The notes under the pieces are model-generated. The model did not search any database. It was given only the letters and a program-made list of their open reading frames with translations, and was not told where the DNA came from. Both the position numbers and the translations under genes were made by a program. From Candidatus Karelsulcia muelleri (GTDB taxonomy: Bacteria > Bacteroidota > Bacteroidia > Flavobacteriales > Blattabacteriaceae), in contig NZ_CP029011.1 in the NCBI RefSeq assembly GCF_003214255.1, positions 90,001 through 122,000 of the forward strand: a DNA stretch of 32,000 nt, in the 5' to 3' direction. Below are positions 26,802 to 32,000 of the stretch, in pieces (position 1 is the stretch's first letter; each line of letters begins with the position of its first letter).

Positions 26802-28178
26802 ATGTTAAAAGAGAAGGATACTATAGTAGCTATAGCTACTCCTAGTGGCTATGGAGCAATTGCTGTTATACGAATGTCAGGAAAGAATTCTATAAAAATT
26901 ATAAATAATATATTTGTTTCTATTTCCTTAAAAAAAAAATTATCTGAAAATTCTATAAATTTAGGATTTATTAAAATTAAAAAAAAAATTATTGATAAGG
27001 TATTAATTTTGGTTTTTAAAAAACCAAAATCATATACTGGAGAAGATGTAGTAGAAATTTCTTGTCATGGTTCTATGTATATACAAAATAAAATTTTGTC
27101 AATAATTATTGACCAAGGAGCAAGATTAGCAAATCCTGGAGAATTTACTTTCCGTGCTTTTATTAATGGAAAAATAGATCTTTGTCAAGCTGAATCAATA
27201 CTAGATCTTGTAAATTCAGAAACACTTTTTTCTCATGAATTGGCTATTAATCAAATGCGGGGCAATATTTCGAATATAATAAAAAACTTAAGAAAAAAAA
27301 TAATCGATTTGTTATCATTAATAGAACTTGAACTAGATTTTTCTGAAGAAAATTTATTTGTATTAAATAAGAGAGAATTCCAAAAAATTTTAGATAATAT
27401 AATAAAAAAAATTAATGATCTAATAAAATCATTTAAAATAGGAAATGCATTAAAAAATGGAATATTAGTATCTATAATAGGATGTACTAATGTTGGCAAA
27501 TCAACTTTATTTAATAAAATATTGAAAGATGAAAGATCAATAGTATCTAATATTGCAGGGACCACTAGAAATTATATAGAAGAAAATTTGATTATAAATG
27601 GGATAAAATTTCGTTTTATAGATACAGCCGGAATAAATAATAAAACAAAAGATTATATAGAAAAATTAGGAATAAAAAAAACATATAAAAATATAAAAAA
27701 ATCTGATTTAATTTTATATGTCTTTGATTGTTTGAATGAAGAAATTCTAATGAAAAATTTAAAATCTTTACAAGAAAAATACCCGAAAAAAAAAATATTT
27801 ATTTTAATAAATAAATATGATTTAATTAAAAAAAAAATAAATTTAAGAAATTATCAAGATAAAGATATATTTCATATATCAGCTAAATATGGATATGGGA
27901 TAAAGAATTTATTAGATGAAATTACTTTTTTTTCTAAAAAAATTACTTCTTTAAAAGAAAATTCTATAATAATTACTCAAACAAGACATTATGAAAATTT
28001 GAAAAAAGCTATTTTTTATCTTTATAAAGTGAAAGAAGATTTAGAAAAATCAATTTCCCCAGAATTTTTATATATATCTTTACAGACAGCTTTAGAGTGT
28101 TTAGGCCAAATAATTGGTGAAGTGACTAATGAAGATATCCTATCAAATATTTTTTCGAAATTTTGTATTGGAAAATAA
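26802..28178 (+). CDS. mnmE: tRNA modification GTPase MnmE
   Basis: [22 protein letters not shown]1 [16 protein letters not shown], and the C-terminal FCIGK. Confidence 0.93.
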   Translation: MLKEKDTIVAIATPSGYGAIAVIRMSGKNSIKIINNIFVSISLKKKLSENSINLGFIKIKKKIIDKVLILVFKKPKSYTGEDVVEISCHGSMYIQNKILSIIIDQGARLANPGEFTFRAFINGKIDLCQAESILDLVNSETLFSHELAINQMRGNISNIIKNLRKKIIDLLSLIELELDFSEENLFVLNKREFQKILDNIIKKINDLIKSFKIGNALKNGILVSIIGCTNVGKSTLFNKILKDERSIVSNIAGTTRNYIEENLIINGIKFRFIDTAGINNKTKDYIEKLGIKKTYKNIKKSDLILYVFDCLNEEILMKNLKSLQEKYPKKKIFILINKYDLIKKKINLRNYQDKDIFHISAKYGYGIKNLLDEITFFSKKITSLKENSIIITQTRHYENLKKAIFYLYKVKEDLEKSISPEFLYISLQTALECLGQIIGEVTNEDILSNIFSKFCIGK

Positions 28179-28197
28179 ATAATAAAATGTGAAAAAA

Positions 28198-28272
28198 GGG
28201 TGATTAGCTCAGTTGGTTAAGAGTATCTGCCTTACAAGCAGAGGGTCACTGGTTCGAATCCAGTATCACCCA
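28198..28272 (+). tRNA. tRNA-Val (anticodon UAC), no encoded CCA
   Basis: Acceptor GGGTGAT/ATCACCC, D arm GCTC..GAGT, anticodon stem TCTGC/GCAGA with loop CTTACAA, T arm ACTGG TTCGAAT CCAGT, discriminator A. The next bases are CTT. Confidence 0.9.
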
Positions 28273-28314
28273 CTTCCCCACTTGGAAATGTATAGAATAA
28301 TTAAATAAAATATT

Positions 28315-31300
28315 ATGTATATAATATTCGATACAGAAACGACAGGATTACCTAAAAATTATAATGCACCAATAATTAATTGGCCACGTTTAGTAAGACT
28401 ATCATGGTGCTTATATGATGAAAACTTAAAATTAATAGAACTGAAAGATTACATAATTAAACCAGAAGGTTTTGAGATTCCTTTTAACTCAACTAAAATA
28501 CATGGGATAAGTACAGAAGAAGCCCTGGAAAAAGGATATAAAATAAATTTTGTATTAGAAAAATTTAAGATAAGAATAAAAAATTATAAATTTTTAATTG
28601 GTCATAATATTTATTTTGATCTAAAAGTATTATGTGCTGAATTTATTAGATTAAATAAAATACATGATTTATATAAAAAAAAAATTATTGATACTAAAGA
28701 AAAATCTATTAATTTTTGTGCTATAAAAAGAGGAAAAGGAAAATTGAAATGGCCTACATTAACAGAACTTTATAAAAAATTATTTAATGATACATTTATT
28801 GCTCATGATTCGAAATCAGATGTATTAGCAACTTCCAAATGTTTTTTTGAATTATTACGTATTGGAATAATATCACTGAAGAATGTTAATAAAAAATTAT
28901 TAAAAATTAATATTAAGAAAATTAATTTATCTAAAATTAAAAATTTGAATTTTAAAAAATTAAATTTTGAAAAAAAATTATTGAAAAAGAAATATTTTTC
29001 ACATATTCATAATCATACTTATTTTTCAATTTTGTCTTCAACAATTGATATAAATTCTTTAATTAAAAAAACTATAGAATATGAGATGGATGCAGTAGGA
29101 ATAACGGATTATGGAAATATGATGGGAGTTTTTAATTTGATGAATAAGATTAAAACTATTAATGAGAGTGAAAAAAAAAAAATAAAACCAATTATAGGAT
29201 GTGAATTATTTATATCAGATAATTATTTAATAAAAAAATTTACTAAAAAAAACCCTGATAAAATTTATCACCAAGTTTTGGTTGCAAAAAATAAAAATGG
29301 TTATGATAATTTATCAAAATTATGTTCTCAGGGATTTATAGATGGATATTATTCAGGAATTCCTAGAATTGGAAAAAATTTAGTGGAAAAATATAAGGAA
29401 AATTTAATAGCAATTAGTGGAGATTTAAATTCTGAAATTCCATTGACTTTATTAAAGAAAGGAGAAAAAGAGGCAGAAAAAGTATTTAAATGGTGGCATA
29501 ATTTATTTAAAGACGATTTTTATATTGAAATATTAAGGCATGGTTTAGAAGAAGAAGATCATGTAAATAAAATTCTTATAAAATTTGCAAAAAAATATAA
29601 GGTAAAATTTATTGCACAAAATAATAATTTTTATCTTGATAAAAAAGATGCTAATGCACATGATATTTTATTATGTGTAAAAAATTGTCAAAAGCAATCT
29701 ATACCTATAGGTAAAGGAAAAGGATTTCGTTTTGGATTTCCCAATCAAGAATTTTATTTTAAAAAGAAATTACAAATGTATAATATTTTTTCAGATATCC
29801 CGGAAGCATTTGAGAATTTAAAAGAATTAATAGAAAAAGTAGAAGTTTATGATATTTCAAATCCAATTTTATTACCAAAATTTGAAATTCCTAAGAAATG
29901 GAGAAAAAAAGATTGTAAATCGAATGATATTCATTATGAAAATGAATATTTAAAATATTTAACCTATAAAGGTGCTAAAAAAAAATTTTCTCATTCTCAT
30001 TTAAATGATTTTTCTCATTCTCATTTAAATGATTTTTCTCATTCTCATTTAAATGATTTTTCTCATTCTCATTTAAATGATTTTTCTCATTTAAATGATT
30101 TTTCTCATTTAAATGAGCAAATAAAAAAAAAAATTGAATTTGAACTTGAAACTATAAAAAAAATAGGATATCCTGGATATTTTCTTATAGTACAAGATTT
30201 GATTTTGCAAGCAAAAAAGATAGGTGTTGAAGTAGGGCCTGGAAGAGGTTCTGTGGCTGGATCTGTTGTGGCTTATTGTATAGGTATAACTAAGATAGAT
30301 CCAATCAAATATAATCTTCTTTTTGAGAGATTTTTAAATCCTGATCGTGTTTCTCTACCTGATATTGATATTGATTTTGATGATAAAGGTCGTGAAAAAA
30401 TAATTCAATGGGTAGTTAATAAATATGGAAAAGATAACGTGGCTCAAATAATAACATATGGAAAAATGGGAGCAAAATCTTCAATAAGAGATACGGCTCG
30501 TGTTTTGAATCTTTCTTTAGAAGAAACAGACAAAATGGCAAAAATGGTCCCTACTAATTTCTCTCTAAAAGAGATAATTACAAAAGATATAAAAGATTTA
30601 AAAAAAATTTTAAAATTTGAAGAATTAAAAAATGTAATAACATTAAAAAAAATTTTTAAAGAAAAAAATACTTTACAAGCTAAAACGCTGAAACAAGCGA
30701 TGGGAATTGAAGGTTCTGTTAGGAACACTGGAATTCATGCATGTGGAATTATAATTACCCCTTCAGATATTAAAAAATATATACCTGTTGCTAAAACTAA
30801 AGATTCTAATTTGTTATTAACTCAATTTGATAATGAGGTTGTAGAAAAAATGGGTTTATTAAAAATGGATTTGTTAGGGTTAAAAACGTTGACTATAATT
30901 AAAGAAACATTATTTCTAATTAAAAATAGAAAGAAAAATATAAAACTAGAGAATATCCCTCTTGATGATGAAAAAACTTATGAATTATTTAAAAATGGAG
31001 AAACAGTGGCGGTTTTTCAATATGAATCTCATGGAATGCAAAAATATCTGAAACAATTAAAACCAGATAAATTTTATGATTTAATAGCTATGAATGCTTT
31101 ATATCGTCCTGGCCCAATGCAGTATATTCCTAATTTTATAGCACGGAAACATGGACAGGAAAAAATATCTTATGATCTTCCTGAGCTTAAGGAATTTTTA
31201 AAAGAAACTTATGGAATAACAGTTTATCAAGAACAAGTGATGTTGATATCACAAAAAATATCTGGATTTAGTAAAGGAGATGCAGATTTGTTAAGAAAAG

Positions 31301-32000
31301 CTATAGGTAAAAAAGAAAAAAATCTATTATCGAATATGAAAAAACAATTTATAGATGGTGGAAAGAAAAATGGTTTTTCAAGCAAAATTTTAGAAAAAAT
31401 ATGGAAAGATTGGAAATCTTTTGCCTCATATGCTTTTAATAAATCTCATTCGACATGTTATTCATATATAGCTTTTCAAACAGCTTATCTAAAAACACAT
31501 TATCCAGCTGAATATATGGCATCAGTATTAAGCAATAATATGAAAAATATAAAAGATATTTCGTTTTTTATTGAAGAATGTAACCGAATTGGAGTAATAG
31601 TACTTGGACCTGATATAAATGAAAGTGATTATAAATTTACAGTTAATAAACTGGGATTTATTCGATTTGGGATTGGAGCTATTAAAGGAATAGGAGAATA
31701 TTCTGTGAAATCTATTCTGAAAGAAAGAAAAAAAAAATATAATTCTATATTGGGATTAATTAAAAAGGTGGATTTACGTTTAGTGAATAAAAAAGTTTTA
31801 GAAAATTTAGTGGTTTCAGGAGCTTTTGAGAATTTTAAGATTCAGAGATCACAATATTTTTATGAAGAAAATGGATCAAATATGATTGAAAAAATTATAA
31901 AATTTGGGGTAAAATACAAAAAAATAAAAGAGAATATTAAAAACTCACTTTTTAAGAATATTAAAGATATAGAAATTTTAAAACCAAACTTTAAAAGTTG
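28315..32000 (+). CDS. dnaE: DNA polymerase III alpha subunit with an N-terminal DEDDh (DnaQ-like) 3'-5' exonuclease domain. It is partial because the ORF runs past the window end.
   Basis: I read the frame through by hand and spot-checked its register at several coordinates, finding it open from ATG 28315 to 32000. Exo motifs FDTETTG, GHNIYFDLKVL and AHDSKSD. PHP FSHIHNHTYFSILSS and GITDYGNM. Polymerase core GYPGYFLIVQD, GPGRGSVAGSVVAY, SLPDIDIDF, HACGIII, MDLLGLKTL, ALYRPGP, and NKSHSTCYSYIAFQTAYLK. Confidence 0.93.
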   Translation, partial: MYIIFDTETTGLPKNYNAPIINWPRLVRLSWCLYDENLKLIELKDYIIKPEGFEIPFNSTKIHGISTEEALEKGYKINFVLEKFKIRIKNYKFLIGHNIYFDLKVLCAEFIRLNKIHDLYKKKIIDTKEKSINFCAIKRGKGKLKWPTLTELYKKLFNDTFIAHDSKSDVLATSKCFFELLRIGIISLKNVNKKLLKINIKKINLSKIKNLNFKKLNFEKKLLKKKYFSHIHNHTYFSILSSTIDINSLIKKTIEYEMDAVGITDYGNMMGVFNLMNKIKTINESEKKKIKPIIGCELFISDNYLIKKFTKKNPDKIYHQVLVAKNKNGYDNLSKLCSQGFIDGYYSGIPRIGKNLVEKYKENLIAISGDLNSEIPLTLLKKGEKEAEKVFKWWHNLFKDDFYIEILRHGLEEEDHVNKILIKFAKKYKVKFIAQNNNFYLDKKDANAHDILLCVKNCQKQSIPIGKGKGFRFGFPNQEFYFKKKLQMYNIFSDIPEAFENLKELIEKVEVYDISNPILLPKFEIPKKWRKKDCKSNDIHYENEYLKYLTYKGAKKKFSHSHLNDFSHSHLNDFSHSHLNDFSHSHLNDFSHLNDFSHLNEQIKKKIEFELETIKKIGYPGYFLIVQDLILQAKKIGVEVGPGRGSVAGSVVAYCIGITKIDPIKYNLLFERFLNPDRVSLPDIDIDFDDKGREKIIQWVVNKYGKDNVAQIITYGKMGAKSSIRDTARVLNLSLEETDKMAKMVPTNFSLKEIITKDIKDLKKILKFEELKNVITLKKIFKEKNTLQAKTLKQAMGIEGSVRNTGIHACGIIITPSDIKKYIPVAKTKDSNLLLTQFDNEVVEKMGLLKMDLLGLKTLTIIKETLFLIKNRKKNIKLENIPLDDEKTYELFKNGETVAVFQYESHGMQKYLKQLKPDKFYDLIAMNALYRPGPMQYIPNFIARKHGQEKISYDLPELKEFLKETYGITVYQEQVMLISQKISGFSKGDADLLRKAIGKKEKNLLSNMKKQFIDGGKKNGFSSKILEKIWKDWKSFASYAFNKSHSTCYSYIAFQTAYLKTHYPAEYMASVLSNNMKNIKDISFFIEECNRIGVIVLGPDINESDYKFTVNKLGFIRFGIGAIKGIGEYSVKSILKERKKKYNSILGLIKKVDLRLVNKKVLENLVVSGAFENFKIQRSQYFYEENGSNMIEKIIKFGVKYKKIKENIKNSLFKNIKDIEILKPNFKS
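29986..30117. repeat. In-frame minisatellite in dnaE: four 24-nt units followed by two 18-nt units
   Basis: TTTTCTCATTCTCATTTAAATGAT x4, then TTTTCTCATTTAAATGA(T/G) x2. It encodes (FSHSHLND)4 FSHLND FSHLNE. Confidence 0.95.

Noticed and set aside
24546-28039. 21-nt exact match TCTTTATAAAGTGAAAGAAGA between the rbfA/pta spacer (24546-24566) and the mnmE coding region (28019-28039)
   Set aside because: A rough estimate for this base composition and window size gives an expected count of order 0.1-0.3 for 21-mers, so chance cannot be excluded. There is no flanking similarity.
206-30728. Other antisense or shadow ORFs in the track (206-595, 7358-7675, 10679-10867, 13998-14282, 15889-16071, 18321-18551, 18793-19005, 19422-19628, 23112-23297, 24965-25306, 26497-26691, 27251-27565, 30444-30728)
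   Set aside because: Each lies entirely or mostly within a well-supported conserved gene on the opposite strand or in another frame. Their composition is F/I/L/K-rich, as expected for AT-rich antisense frames, and none has a recognisable motif.
1-32000. Search for defence systems, toxin-antitoxin pairs, transposases, integrases, prophage remnants or secondary-metabolite genes
   Set aside because: Every ORF over 60 aa that is not an antisense artefact is assignable to a housekeeping family. The intergenic spacers are all under 270 nt and are mostly repeat sequence, which leaves no room for an unannotated gene system.

Overview
This 32 kb window is about 20-23% GC and gene-dense, with standard-code housekeeping genes. 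It looks like the core genome of a strongly reduced Bacteroidetes/Flavobacteriia-type obligate insect endosymbiont (Sulcia- or Blattabacterium-like; this assignment is an inference from protein sequence character, not a database hit). I can support 31 protein genes: sucC (partial), dnaX, tatA (55 aa, missing from the ORF track), clpP, clpX, mutS, tsf, rpsB, rpsI, rplM, dnaK, infC, rpmI, rplT, def, ruvX, dapD, ilvE, a truncated cca-like HD protein, mnmA, dnaJ, a 64-aa grpE remnant, rny, lpdA, dnaB, a degenerate M42-peptidase homolog, rbfA, pta, ackA, mnmE, and a dnaQ-like exonuclease fused to dnaE. The dnaE ORF runs off the window end, so the ORF track also misses it. There are three tRNAs, Gly-GCC, Leu-UAA and Val-UAC, and none encodes its 3' CCA. 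I found no mobile elements, CRISPR arrays, defence islands or toxin systems. The main unusual signal is a high density of perfect short tandem repeats. Arrays with units of 6 nt (or 24/18 nt) lie in frame inside essential genes (clpX, tsf, rpmI, dnaE, the cca-like gene). Arrays with 5- and 7-nt units occur only in intergenic spacers, which they sometimes fill completely. A second theme is domain loss: ClpX lacks its zinc-binding domain, DnaJ keeps only one zinc centre, GrpE is reduced to 64 aa, the CCA enzyme lacks its catalytic head, RNase Y lacks its N-terminal region, and the M42 homolog has lost active-site residues. Several of these deletion junctions coincide with repeats or short duplications.
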